A stretch of DNA of 64,000 nt, from positions 2,016,001 to 2,080,000 of the forward strand of contig OY762926.1 in NCBI GenBank assembly GCA_963666735.1, given 5' to 3'. This document shows positions 40,947 to 50,337 of this stretch, one piece after another. Numbering within the stretch: position 1 is the stretch's first letter; every line of letters starts with the position of its first letter. The translations under genes and the position numbers were made by a program. This DNA is from Gemmatimonadota bacterium (GTDB lineage: Bacteria > Gemmatimonadota > Gemmatimonadetes > Palauibacterales > Palauibacteraceae). The notes under the pieces were generated by a model that was not told the origin of the DNA, did not search any database, and saw nothing but the letters and a program-made list of their open reading frames with translations.

Positions 40947-41981
40947 TGTAGATGCCACGATGGTTGTTCACCGGATCGACGAGTAGAATGAGAGTTCCTA
41001 TCAGAGAATTCACACCCTACTCGTCGGAGGATCCGGTGAACGTGCACAAGAATGCGAAGTTGACGCCCGCGGGGCGAGCGGTGCTGGTGAAGCGGGTGCT
41101 GGCCGGGGAGCCGGTCGAGGTGGTGACGCGGGAGATGGGGGTGAGCCGCCGGACGGGGTTCAAGTGGCTCAAGCGGTTCCGGGAGGAGGGAGAGGAAGGG
41201 CTTCTGGACCGTAGCTCGAGGCCGCACCATCACCCGCGCCGGATCCCTCGGCAACGGCGCCGCCGGATCGAGCGGTTGAGGCGGGAGCGCTGGAGCTGTC
41301 CGCGGATCGCCGATCAGTTGAACATGCCGGTCTCGACGGTGACGCTGGAGGTGAGGCGGCTGGGTCTGAGCCGGTTGGAGAAGCTGGCGCCTCCGGAGCC
41401 GGTGGTGCGCTACGAACGGTCGCGGCCGGGGTCTCTGGTGCACATGGACATCAAGAAGCTCGCGCGGATCGTACGGCCCGGACACCGGATCGACGGGGAC
41501 CGGAGCAAGAGGGTCCGGGGCGCGGGGTGGGAGTACTACCACGCGGCGGTCGACGACGCGTCGCGGGTCGCCTGCGGAGATGTGCTGCCCGGCGAGCGGA
41601 AGGAGGACGCGGTGGCGTTCCTGTTGCGGGTGGTCGCCTTCTTCGGGAGCCAGGGGGTGAAGATCGGCCAGCTCATGACCGACAACGGGGGCTGCTACCG
41701 GTCGAAACGGTTCCGACGGGTGCTCCGGGAACTCGGGATCAAGCACATCTTCACCCGTCCCTACACGCCCAGGACCAACGGGAAGGTGGAGCGCTTCATC
41801 CGCACCTCGCTCGCGGAGTGGGCCTACGGCCGGTCCTATCCCCACTCGCGCGTGCGGACGGAAGTCCTCCGCATCTGGCTCCGCTACTACAACCTGAGGC
41901 GAAGACACACCGCCATCGGACGGCTCACACCCATGCAAAGACTCGTCGAGCTAAGGGTCACCAACGTCCTTGGCATCTACA
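40947..41981 (+). mobile_element. IS481-family insertion sequence, 1035 bp
   Basis: TGT...ACA ends; 26-bp imperfect inverted repeats (first 11 bp perfect, TGTAGATGCCA); flanked by NCTAGC on both sides. Confidence 0.93.
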
Positions 41982-41986
41982 GCTAG
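41036..41986 (+). CDS. IS481 transposase
   Basis: GGAGG plus GTG; MNVHKNAKLTP, DRSSRPH, HMDIKK, MTDNG, TNGKVERF; stop TAG supplied by the target site. Confidence 0.93.
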   Translation: MNVHKNAKLTPAGRAVLVKRVLAGEPVEVVTREMGVSRRTGFKWLKRFREEGEEGLLDRSSRPHHHPRRIPRQRRRRIERLRRERWSCPRIADQLNMPVSTVTLEVRRLGLSRLEKLAPPEPVVRYERSRPGSLVHMDIKKLARIVRPGHRIDGDRSKRVRGAGWEYYHAAVDDASRVACGDVLPGERKEDAVAFLLRVVAFFGSQGVKIGQLMTDNGGCYRSKRFRRVLRELGIKHIFTRPYTPRTNGKVERFIRTSLAEWAYGRSYPHSRVRTEVLRIWLRYYNLRRRHTAIGRLTPMQRLVELRVTNVLGIYS

Positions 41987-41992
41987 CGCAGC

Positions 41993-42038
41993 GTCAGCCG
42001 GGTTCGGTCAGTCGCGCCGTGTCAGCCGGGTTCGGTCA
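41993..42038. repeat. 18-bp direct duplication of the fumC 3' end
   Basis: gtcagccgggttcggtca at 41993-42010 and 42021-42038. Confidence 0.8.
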
Positions 42039-43410
42039 TCGCGCGGAAGTCCAGGATGCGGTCGAGTTCCGCCGGGGCGACGAGCCCCTGCTCCAGTACG
42101 AGTTCCTTCAGCGTGCGGTCTTCCGCGAGGCTGAGCTTGGCGAGTTCGGCCGCCTTGTCGTACCCGATGACGGGCGCGAGCGCCGTGGCGAGCGCCGCGG
42201 TGGATTCCGCGTTCCGAAGACAGCGCTCCTCGTTCGCCGTGATCCCCCGGACGCAGCGTTCGGCGAACTCGACGCTCACCGTGGAGAGAATCCGGACGCT
42301 CTGGAGCAGGTTGTGGGCCATCACGGGGATCATGACGTTGAGTTCGAGGTTCCCCGACTGCCCGCCCACGACGATCGCGGCGTCGTTGCCGATGACCTGC
42401 GCACAGACCTGAAGCACCGATTCCGCCATCACCGGGTTGACCTTGCCCGGCATGATGGACGAACCCGGCTGCACCGCGGGAAGATTGATTTCGCCCAGGC
42501 CCGTGCGCGGACCGGATGACAGCCAGCGCAGATCGTTCGCGATCTTGGTCAGGCTCACCGCGACGGTCCGCAGCGCCCCGCTCGCCTCGACGACCGCGTC
42601 GCGCGCCGACTGCGCCTCGAAGTGGTTCGACGCCTCCACGAACGCGACGGCGAGGATCTCGCTCAGCGCGGCCGACATCCGGGCGCCGAAGTCGGCTGGC
42701 GTGTTGATGCCGGTCCCCACCGCGGTCCCTCCGATGGCGAGTTCCGCGAGCGCGGGACGGACGGCCTCGACGCGCCGGATCCCGTGCCTCAGCTGGCTGG
42801 CGTAGCCGCCGAACTCCTGTCCCAGGCGGACGGGCGTCGCGTCCTGCAGGTGCGTGCGCCCCGCCTTCGCGATGTGGTCGAATTCCTCCGCCTTCTCCGC
42901 GAGCGCCGCGCGCAGCCGTTCCAGCGCGGGCAGAAGTTCGCGCTCGATCGCGACCAGTCCCGAGACGTGGGTGGCGGTGGGGATCACGTCGTTCGACGAC
43001 TGCCCCAGATTGACGTGATCGTTGGGGTGGACGGGGCTTCGCGAACCCACGACGCCGCCCAGAAGCTGGATGGCGCGGTTCGCGATGACCTCGTTCGCGT
43101 TCATGTTCGTCGACGTGCCGGACCCGGTCTGGAAGATGTCCAGCACGAAATGGGAATCCAGATCCCCGCTCATGGCCTCCCCGGCCGCCCGCTCGATCGC
43201 CTCGCCGAGTTCGGGGTCGAGGAGTCCCAGGTCCCGGTTCACGCGGGAAGCCGCCAGCTTGATCGCGCCGAGCGCCTCGATGAAGCGGCGGCCGAAGCGG
43301 AGGTCGGAGATGGGGAAGTTCTGGCGGGCCCGCTCCGTCTGCGCTCCGTAGAGCCGGTCGGCGGGGATCGCCATCTCCCCCATGGAGTCCTTCTCTATGC
43401 GATGATCCAT
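42022..43410 (-). CDS. fumC: Class II fumarate hydratase
   Basis: QTGSGTSTNMN.NEV, HPNDHVN..QSSND, GRTHLQDATP, PGSSIMPGKVNP. Confidence 0.95.
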   Translation of the reverse strand: MDHRIEKDSMGEMAIPADRLYGAQTERARQNFPISDLRFGRRFIEALGAIKLAASRVNRDLGLLDPELGEAIERAAGEAMSGDLDSHFVLDIFQTGSGTSTNMNANEVIANRAIQLLGGVVGSRSPVHPNDHVNLGQSSNDVIPTATHVSGLVAIERELLPALERLRAALAEKAEEFDHIAKAGRTHLQDATPVRLGQEFGGYASQLRHGIRRVEAVRPALAELAIGGTAVGTGINTPADFGARMSAALSEILAVAFVEASNHFEAQSARDAVVEASGALRTVAVSLTKIANDLRWLSSGPRTGLGEINLPAVQPGSSIMPGKVNPVMAESVLQVCAQVIGNDAAIVVGGQSGNLELNVMIPVMAHNLLQSVRILSTVSVEFAERCVRGITANEERCLRNAESTAALATALAPVIGYDKAAELAKLSLAEDRTLKELVLEQGLVAPAELDRILDFRAMTEPG

Positions 43411-43426
43411 TCGTGGTTGTCCGTGA

Positions 43427-43951
43427 CTAGAACTCGATGAGGTCGCCGATGCGGATGCCGTTGGCGTCGAACCACCCCTGGTTCATCTCCAGCGCATACA
43501 TGGCGGGCGCGGCCGAGTCGTGGGTTTCCGTCGTCTGCGGCTCCATCTGCTGGATGTCGACGATGCGGCCCTCGCGATCGATGTACGCGATATCGAGCGG
43601 TATGAGCGTGTCCTTCATCCAGAACCCGAGGGTGCGCTGTTCGGGGTAGACGAACAGCATCCCCTGGTTCTCCTCGAGCGACTCCCGATACATGAGTCCG
43701 CGCTGACGTTCCTCGGCGTCATCGGCGATCTCGACCTGGATCTCGATCCCGCCCACCCGCAGCGGGACGAGTTCCGCGGCCTGGGCGACGGCGCCCGTGC
43801 CCGTCTCGACGGCCTGGCCGCCGTCCGCCATGTCGGGGTCGCGAACGCCCGCGTCCACTGCACCGCACGCCGGCAAAACGGCCGCGAGGGCCAACAACAT
43901 CAGCCCGAATCCGGGCTCTCTCCATCGTTCTTTCAGCCGTTCTCTCAGCAT
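43427..43951 (-). CDS. DUF192-domain lipoprotein
   Basis: Lipobox LPAC; VEIAD...ER.RGLM.R, GMLFV, FWMKDT.IPLDI, ALEMN.G. Confidence 0.88.
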   Translation of the reverse strand: MLRERLKERWREPGFGLMLLALAAVLPACGAVDAGVRDPDMADGGQAVETGTGAVAQAAELVPLRVGGIEIQVEIADDAEERQRGLMYRESLEENQGMLFVYPEQRTLGFWMKDTLIPLDIAYIDREGRIVDIQQMEPQTTETHDSAAPAMYALEMNQGWFDANGIRIGDLIEF

Positions 43952-44083
43952 GTCAGATCGTCGTCATCCGGGTCGACTCCGTTGCGGCCTCCGCTCTCAC
44001 AGGGAAAACTAGCAGACGAGGTTGGGGTATGGAACGAGGTGGCGGGGCCGACGGGCGGAGGACCGCGGATAAAGGGGGGCGGC

Positions 44084-44818
44084 ATGATTCTTCCGGATGT
44101 CAGAGCTTCCTTCGGACGGGACGATGCGGCCCGGCTCGTCTACCTGCTCGCTCACGAGGGCGAGGACCGGACCCGCCTCGAGACGCTGGTCTCGGAGCGG
44201 GGCATCGACGCGCTGCTCGATCACCCGAAGGCGCCCGGCGCGCTCGCGGCCGAACCGGGCCTGTCGGCACTCCCGCTGGCGCTCTTCTCCTACGTGTCGC
44301 TGCGCCACAGCCTGCTCGAGGGCGGCGTCGAGTCCCGTCTCATGGCCGACTACGTGACCTCGATCTTCCTCCACTTCGCCAGGGAGGCGCGGGCACACCG
44401 GATCGCCGAATACGACGACTGCGAGTACCACTACCTCGTCGACCTGGTGGCGGAGATCGCGGAATCGGACGGTCGCCGCAGCTTTCTGCTCAGCGCTCAT
44501 CTCGGCAACTTCGCGCTCTGGCTGTCGGGCCTCTTCCCGGACTGGATCTGCACGCGGGAGCGACGGAGAGCGGGCCCCGACCTCGGCTACTACGAGGCGA
44601 TGGGCCAGACCGGCTTCTCGCTGGCCGCCGACGCCCCCTTCGCCCGCCGCCAGCGACTCGATGGCTGTTATCGCGACGCCGCGAAGACCTTCACCGCCCT
44701 CCGCGTCGCGCTGAACCGCTTTTCGGACCGATTCCTCACGCCCCGGCCGGCGTCTCCCGTCGACCGCCTGTTGAGGCAGGTCGTGGACGACTTCGAGGCG
44801 CAGCGGTTGCAGGCGTGA
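44084..44818 (+). CDS. Conserved-looking hypothetical protein
   Basis: ATG after a purine-rich SD; ordinary composition with motifs YLVDL, HLGNFALWLSGLFPD.I, YYE.MG. Confidence 0.7.
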   Translation: MILPDVRASFGRDDAARLVYLLAHEGEDRTRLETLVSERGIDALLDHPKAPGALAAEPGLSALPLALFSYVSLRHSLLEGGVESRLMADYVTSIFLHFAREARAHRIAEYDDCEYHYLVDLVAEIAESDGRRSFLLSAHLGNFALWLSGLFPDWICTRERRRAGPDLGYYEAMGQTGFSLAADAPFARRQRLDGCYRDAAKTFTALRVALNRFSDRFLTPRPASPVDRLLRQVVDDFEAQRLQA

Positions 44819-44854
44819 CGAGCGCGCTTATCTTCTCAGCGCGTTGAGAACACC

Positions 44855-45367
44855 ATGACCACGGACACCCTCGCTCCCCGACCGCCGCTCGGCTGCGCCG
44901 CCGTGATGCTCGGCCTCTTCCGGGCCGCGCTACAGGAGCATCATCTGCCTGTCACCCATCAGCGGGAAGCGATATCCCGCGTGCTGTTCGAGTCGGGACA
45001 GCGACTCTCCGCGGACGAGGTCGTGGAACGCCTGCGGGGCGACGGCGAACGCGCGGGGAAGGCGACGGTGTATCGGACCCTGAGCCTCCTGGTTCGCGTC
45101 GGCCTCGCAACGGAGCACGATTTCGACGAGGGGTTCAAGCGATACGAGGCGAAGGTGGGCCGCGCGCAGCAGGACCACCTGATCTGCACGGCGTGCGGAG
45201 ACGTGGTCCGCTTCCAGCGCGATGAACTCAACCGGCTCCAGACGGAGGTGGCCGGGCAATTCGGTTTCCATGTACTGAGGCGTCAACTCAAGCTCTACGG
45301 GCTCTGCGCCCGCTGCGACGTCGAATCCGGCCCGGCGATTCGCCAGGTCAGCCAGGGGGTCCGCTGA
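44855..45367 (+). CDS. Fur-family regulator with atypical metal site
   Basis: T.QRE.I, ATVYRTL, RYE, DHLICTACG, LYGLCARC. Confidence 0.9.
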   Translation: MTTDTLAPRPPLGCAAVMLGLFRAALQEHHLPVTHQREAISRVLFESGQRLSADEVVERLRGDGERAGKATVYRTLSLLVRVGLATEHDFDEGFKRYEAKVGRAQQDHLICTACGDVVRFQRDELNRLQTEVAGQFGFHVLRRQLKLYGLCARCDVESGPAIRQVSQGVR

Positions 45368-45957
45368 ATTCCGTCCATGATTCCGCCCATGATTCCGCTC
45401 AATCGAGACTTCTGAACCTGCTCGCCGAGCGCTCGTTCCGGCTCGGGGACTTCGTGCTCGCATCCGGTGCCCGGAGCGACTACTACATCGACTGCCGGAC
45501 CACGACCATGCACGCGCACGGGCAGGTGTTGATGGGCGAGGTCGGCCTCGCGGCCATCCGGGACGCCGGCCTCCGGCCGGATGCGGTCGGCGGCCTCACG
45601 ATGGGCGCGGATCCGCTGGCCTACGCGATCGCCGCCGACAGTTGGCGCGCGGGGGATCCGATCCACGCGTTTTCGGTCCGCAAGCGCGCCAAGCGGCACG
45701 GCAAGGGGCAGCGGATCGAGGGCTGCTTCGAGCCCGGCGCCCGTGTCGTCGTCGTCGAGGACGTGATCACGACCGGCGGATCCGCGTTCCAGGCGGTCGA
45801 GGCGGTGCATGGGGCGCGCGGCGAGGTGCTCGGCGTACTCGGCCTCGTGGACCGCGAGGAGGGGGGAAGAGCCACGTTGGAGGAGGCGGGTCTGCGGACG
45901 ATGGTACTCTATACGGCAAGCGATCTGAGGGCGGCGGTGGCCGCGGGAGAGAAATGA
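45364..45957 (+). CDS. pyrE: Orotate phosphoribosyltransferase (probable CTG start)
   Basis: RLLNLLAERSFRLGDFVLASG..SDYYID, GGLTMGADP, VRK..K.HG....IEG, VVEDVITTGGS; first ATG/GTG/TTG only at 45454. Confidence 0.92.
   Translation: MNSVHDSAHDSAQSRLLNLLAERSFRLGDFVLASGARSDYYIDCRTTTMHAHGQVLMGEVGLAAIRDAGLRPDAVGGLTMGADPLAYAIAADSWRAGDPIHAFSVRKRAKRHGKGQRIEGCFEPGARVVVVEDVITTGGSAFQAVEAVHGARGEVLGVLGLVDREEGGRATLEEAGLRTMVLYTASDLRAAVAAGEK
45368..45400 (+). repeat. 12-bp tandem repeat, about 2.7 copies
   Basis: attccgtccatg attccgcccatg attccgctc, in frame at the pyrE 5' end. Confidence 0.75.
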
Positions 45958-45958
45958 C

Positions 45959-46555
45959 GTGTCCGACCAGGATTTTCTGATATTCACGGATGCCGCCTGC
46001 GAGCGGATCCGATCGTTCATCGAAGAAGACCCCGCGGAAGGCCTCGCGGTGCGCGTCAGCGTCCAGAACGCGAGCCCGATCGCGCCGGAATACGAGATGG
46101 CGCTCATCGAACCCTTCGAGCGGGAAGCGAAGGACCAGTCGTTCGACGCGTCCGGCTTCGAGGTCGTCATCGACGCCGGGAGCGCGGACATCCTCGCGGG
46201 CACCCGCATCGACTGGGTGGAGTCGCTCCAGGGCTCGGGCTTTCATTTCAACAATCCCAACATCCAGCCGCTCGGCTCCAAGCCTCTGGACGGGCCCCTC
46301 GTCGACCGCGTGCGCCGCGTCATCGACGAGCAGATCAACCCGGGGGTGGCGTCGCATGGCGGCACCGTGCGTCTCGTCGACGTCCGCGACAACGTCGTCT
46401 ACGTCACGATGGGCGGCGGGTGCCAGGGCTGCGGCATGGCCTCCGTGACGCTCACGCAGGGGATCAAGCAGATGATCCGCGACGCGGCCCCCGAGATCGT
46501 CGACGTGCAGGACGTGACCGACCACGCCGCCGGCAGCAACCCCTATTACGCCTGA
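45959..46555 (+). CDS. nfuA: NfuA-like Fe-S carrier (degenerate HesB/ATC domain plus NifU domain)
   Basis: IDWVESL.GSGF.F.NPN; INP.VASHGG, GGCQGCGMA..TL..GI, DVTDH..G.NPYY. Confidence 0.88.
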   Translation: MSDQDFLIFTDAACERIRSFIEEDPAEGLAVRVSVQNASPIAPEYEMALIEPFEREAKDQSFDASGFEVVIDAGSADILAGTRIDWVESLQGSGFHFNNPNIQPLGSKPLDGPLVDRVRRVIDEQINPGVASHGGTVRLVDVRDNVVYVTMGGGCQGCGMASVTLTQGIKQMIRDAAPEIVDVQDVTDHAAGSNPYYA

Positions 46556-46589
46556 GTTACGCCTGACTTACGCCTGACTTACGCCTGAC
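46546..46589. repeat. 11-bp tandem repeat x4 between convergent stop codons
   Basis: ttacgcctga(g/c) four times; the first copy is the nfuA 3' end including TGA. Confidence 0.9.
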
Positions 46590-46939
46590 TACTTCTTCTT
46601 GCGCGGCTTGAGGAAGACGTGCAGCGCCGTCGCCACGATCGACATGATGAGCGCACCCCCGACCGCCGTGACGAGACCGTCGAGTTCGAACCCCGGGATC
46701 AGTGACGCGGCCAGTTGGAACATCAGGCCGTTGAGGACGAAGTAGAACAGTCCCAGCGTCAGGACGGTGATCGGGAAGGTCACAAGGCGCAGCACCGGCC
46801 GCACGATCGCGTTGATGAGGCCGAGCGCGAGCGCCCCGCCGATGAGCGCCGCCGCGCTCTCGACCCGCACTCCGGTGAGGAGCCGCGCGGTCAAGTACAG
46901 CGCCGCCGCGTTGACGAGCCAGCTCCGGATCAAGCCCAT
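46589..46939 (-). CDS. YvlD-like 4-TM protein (phage holin 4_2 family)
   Basis: LGLINAIVRPVL.L.T.P...LTLGLF..V.N. Confidence 0.85.
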   Translation of the reverse strand: MGLIRSWLVNAAALYLTARLLTGVRVESAAALIGGALALGLINAIVRPVLRLVTFPITVLTLGLFYFVLNGLMFQLAASLIPGFELDGLVTAVGGALIMSIVATALHVFLKPRKKK

Positions 46940-46973
46940 GAATCGCCCTCCGCGGCGGCCGCCGGCACCGCCG

Positions 46974-49900
46974 TCAGAAGCCGGGCGTCAGATTGAACTG
47001 CCAGATCCAGCCTTTTTCCGGGCGATCGAAGGGCCGGACGAAACTGAGTTCGGCGATCATGAGGCCGAAGAGGTTGACCCTCGTCAGCAAGCCGGCGCTC
47101 GACACCCAGTCCCGATCCTCGAAGCCGCAGTCGCCGGTCGGACAGTTGAGGGCCGTCTCGCCCGACCACGCCTTGCCCATGTCATAGAAGACGCCCACTT
47201 CGACCGGCGGTACGCCCGGGGCCCGGATCACCCCGATCCCGCCCAGGAGGGGAAGCCGCAACTCCAGGTTCCCTACCGCCACCCGGCTTCCCGTGAGGTT
47301 TTCGAACAGGGGGCACCTGAAGAGTCCGGCCTGGCCGCCGGCGCCGGTGCACTCCGCGATCCCGATGGACCTGTTCCCGTAACCGCGCACGAGCGACGGC
47401 ACGCCGAGATAGAGTCGTCCGAGACGCCAGTCGTCCGAACCGCCCCCCCAGCGGCCGAAATGAAGGGCCCGGCCGGCCACCGTGAAGGGTCCGGCGCGGA
47501 CGTACCGGCGGACGTCGCCCGTCACCGTCAGGAAGTCGAGGGTTCCCACCGCCGGCTCCACTTCCAGACGGTAGCGCTGTCCGGCGATCGGGCTCGTGCC
47601 GCCGAAGATGGAACTGTCGTATACGAGGGCGACGCTTCCGCTCGCCGTGTAGAGCGACTCCGGCGCGCACGGATCCTGCCCGAATGACAGCGTCTCCCCC
47701 TCACAGTCCCGCAGATCGGTCTCCTCCGTGGCCAGCAACTGGCCCGTGAAGGAGTCGATCCCGAACTCCTCGATCTCGCCGGAGAAGTCGATCTGACGCG
47801 CGGACGCGGAGAATTCGATCCGCGAGTTGCGGTTGAACGGATAGGCGACGATGCCGGTCAGCTCCCGGTTGATCTCGAACCAGCGGAAGTCCCGGAAGAC
47901 GCTCACCGGCCGGTCCCCCACCAGGACGTGCTGCACCGACAACTGGCGCGTGACCAGCGGCACCTGCCCACCGATGAACGCCCAGTTCCAGCGGCTCGAC
48001 AGGTTCTCGTAGCCGGCGAGAAGCGCCGTCCCCTGGACCACGTTCCCGAAGCTCGTGTTGACCTGCAGGATCGTCTGGAGCGTCCGGTTCCCGAGCAGGT
48101 CCGAGAAAAACAGCGCCGCGCCACCCGCGAAGAAGACCCCGAAGTCGCTCGCTCCGAAGGCGATCGTGGGCTGCGAGATGAAATCGAGGGACAGCTGCGA
48201 GCGGTACTCGTCGTCCTCGAAGGTGATCGGGTCGGCCAGGCCCAGGCGAGCGTTGGTGAGGAGTTCCGCGTGGGCGGTCGACATCCGCTCCCGGGGCGGG
48301 ATGATCGAGGCGTCGACCCCCACGAGCATCTCCGGAGCGGGCTGGCCGGCCAGGACCTCCGGATCGTCGGCCACGTAGATCTCGTAGCTGAACGGCCCGC
48401 CCTTGTTGACGCTGAAGGCGACATCGCCCGTGCCGCGCGCCACGGAGATGGCCGGGCTTATGGCCGTGAGTCCGCTCACGCCGGTCCACAGATCGGTGAT
48501 CAGGTAGCGCTCGCGCGTCTCGAGGTCGAGCCGGTAGAGATTCGCGATCCCGTCGTGGTCCGACACGAAGTACAGGTTCCGGCCGTCCGGGGCCCACTGC
48601 GGATTGTAGTTCCGGAACTGGTCGTCAAAGCCCGGCAGCCCCTGGATCTCACCGCTCTCCAGGTCCAGCAGCGCGATCTGGTAGGGACCCGCGACGAGCA
48701 ACTCCAGGTCGGTCGTGTACCGATCCGTGGTGAACGCGAGCGACCGCCCGTCGGGCGACCAGGCGGGCTGGAGGTCCGCAAAGGGGTCCGCCGTGAGCCG
48801 CGTCAACTGCTCCGTCTCGATGTTGACGAGGTACAGATCCGTGAAGCCGGCGGAATGGCCGCTGAACGCGACGTGCGACCCGTCGGGCGACCAGCTCGGC
48901 GTGAAGATCGCGCCCAACTGGAATCCCCGGAGCCGGATCTCCTTCACGATGTTCCCGGTCGCCGCCTCCATGATCGTGAGCAGGGGATCGCCGGTCTTGA
49001 TGCCGGCGATCGCGAGCAGGCGGCCGTTCGGGTGCCAATCCCCCGCCGAATGGATGAACTGGAGACTCTCGAAGTGCGGATCCACCGCGTTGTTCGTCAG
49101 GCGGCGCTTGACCTCGCCCGTGCGCGCGTCCGCGAGGAACATCTCGAGGGAGAAGAGGTCGCTCTGCGAGACGTAGACCACCTCATCGCCATCCGGGCTG
49201 ATCGCCGGACCGAGATTGAGCTTCCCTTCCTCGACAGGCTCGTAGATGACGCGGCGGCCGTACTCGTCGGGCGAGTTCGTCTCCTGCCGCGCATCCGCGA
49301 AATAGGTCTCGAGTTCGCTCTTCCAGCGGTCGGAGAGTTCCCCGATCGGGACTTCCAGCACGGCCTCGATCGCGGCCAGCGCGTTTCCGGTGCGCGCCGC
49401 GAGGTTGAGGATCCGCCCGATGCGGTCGTCCCCGAACGCGCCGCCGACGTAGGACCAGAAGGCGTGTCCGTAGCGGTACGGGAAGAACCGCGGGTTGCCG
49501 AGTTCAGGGATCGTCGGAAACCCGTCTTCCAGATCCAGCGCGTCCCGCATCCACATCGTGGTGAACGGGTCGATGGGGCCGACGGAGAGATATTCGGCCA
49601 TCCCTTCGATGAACCACAGCGGGAGCCGGATCGCGCCGGGAATGTCCAGCCCGGGGCCGCCCGTCCCCTGCCCCGTCATGTCGAACTGGAAGGCGTGCAC
49701 GAGTTCATGTCCGAGGAGGTGATCCGTCTCGTGCATCGAGACCATCATCGGCATGACGAGCCGTCGCTTCAGGATCTCGGTGAATCCCTGGGTGCCCTCG
49801 TCGATGAACTGTCCGGAGGTATTCGTCTGCTCGAAGTCCGGGTGGTCGGCGTAGAGGATGATCGGCTGGCGCTGGCGGAACTCGTGGTTGAGCACCCGCG

Positions 49901-50138
49901 AGATGCGAGCGTACCAGCGCTCGGCCTGGCGGCCGATCATCTGCGCGCCGGCCGCGCTCTCGTCGTAGTAGTAGATGTCGAAGTTCTCGGTCTTGAGCAC
50001 TTCGAAGTCGAAGGACTCGTAGACGACCTTGTTCCGCCCGAAATACCGGCCGGCCTGCGCCTCCAGCGCGGCGGCCGCGGGGCCCGAGAAGACCGCCAGA
50101 GCGGCGAGCGCGACGAGCGCGTGGGTTCTCCGAAGCAT
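46974..50138 (-). CDS. Omp85-superfamily outer membrane protein with N-terminal zincin (HExxH) and TolB/PD40 propeller
   Basis: Signal peptide; HELVH and WFIEGMAEY; repeated P.WSPDG; barrel motif VRGY; C-terminal Phe. Confidence 0.85.
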   Translation of the reverse strand: MLRRTHALVALAALAVFSGPAAAALEAQAGRYFGRNKVVYESFDFEVLKTENFDIYYYDESAAGAQMIGRQAERWYARISRVLNHEFRQRQPIILYADHPDFEQTNTSGQFIDEGTQGFTEILKRRLVMPMMVSMHETDHLLGHELVHAFQFDMTGQGTGGPGLDIPGAIRLPLWFIEGMAEYLSVGPIDPFTTMWMRDALDLEDGFPTIPELGNPRFFPYRYGHAFWSYVGGAFGDDRIGRILNLAARTGNALAAIEAVLEVPIGELSDRWKSELETYFADARQETNSPDEYGRRVIYEPVEEGKLNLGPAISPDGDEVVYVSQSDLFSLEMFLADARTGEVKRRLTNNAVDPHFESLQFIHSAGDWHPNGRLLAIAGIKTGDPLLTIMEAATGNIVKEIRLRGFQLGAIFTPSWSPDGSHVAFSGHSAGFTDLYLVNIETEQLTRLTADPFADLQPAWSPDGRSLAFTTDRYTTDLELLVAGPYQIALLDLESGEIQGLPGFDDQFRNYNPQWAPDGRNLYFVSDHDGIANLYRLDLETRERYLITDLWTGVSGLTAISPAISVARGTGDVAFSVNKGGPFSYEIYVADDPEVLAGQPAPEMLVGVDASIIPPRERMSTAHAELLTNARLGLADPITFEDDEYRSQLSLDFISQPTIAFGASDFGVFFAGGAALFFSDLLGNRTLQTILQVNTSFGNVVQGTALLAGYENLSSRWNWAFIGGQVPLVTRQLSVQHVLVGDRPVSVFRDFRWFEINRELTGIVAYPFNRNSRIEFSASARQIDFSGEIEEFGIDSFTGQLLATEETDLRDCEGETLSFGQDPCAPESLYTASGSVALVYDSSIFGGTSPIAGQRYRLEVEPAVGTLDFLTVTGDVRRYVRAGPFTVAGRALHFGRWGGGSDDWRLGRLYLGVPSLVRGYGNRSIGIAECTGAGGQAGLFRCPLFENLTGSRVAVGNLELRLPLLGGIGVIRAPGVPPVEVGVFYDMGKAWSGETALNCPTGDCGFEDRDWVSSAGLLTRVNLFGLMIAELSFVRPFDRPEKGWIWQFNLTPGF

Positions 50139-50337
50139 ACATCCTCCACCAGGAGACCACTGCTTTCGACCGTCCCGGGTTCCTGGGGCCCCGGGGGACG
50201 GTGCCGCCTCGCGGACGGCAAGCAGTCAGGGGGTGCCGAAAGCTACCCGCGGCGCCGGACCTTCGCTATTCCGCTCTAGCACGACTGAAGCGCGCGCGAG
50301 GTCACGTCCCCGCCGCCCGCCGGCTCCCCCGCGACCG

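Noticed and set aside
46546..46589. Tandem repeats (also 57476 and 3575) as a CRISPR array
   Set aside because: Units abut directly, with no unique spacers and no cas genes
46589..46939. Phage holin family gene as evidence of a prophage
   Set aside because: YvlD-like genes are commonly chromosomal; no endolysin, integrase or structural genes nearby
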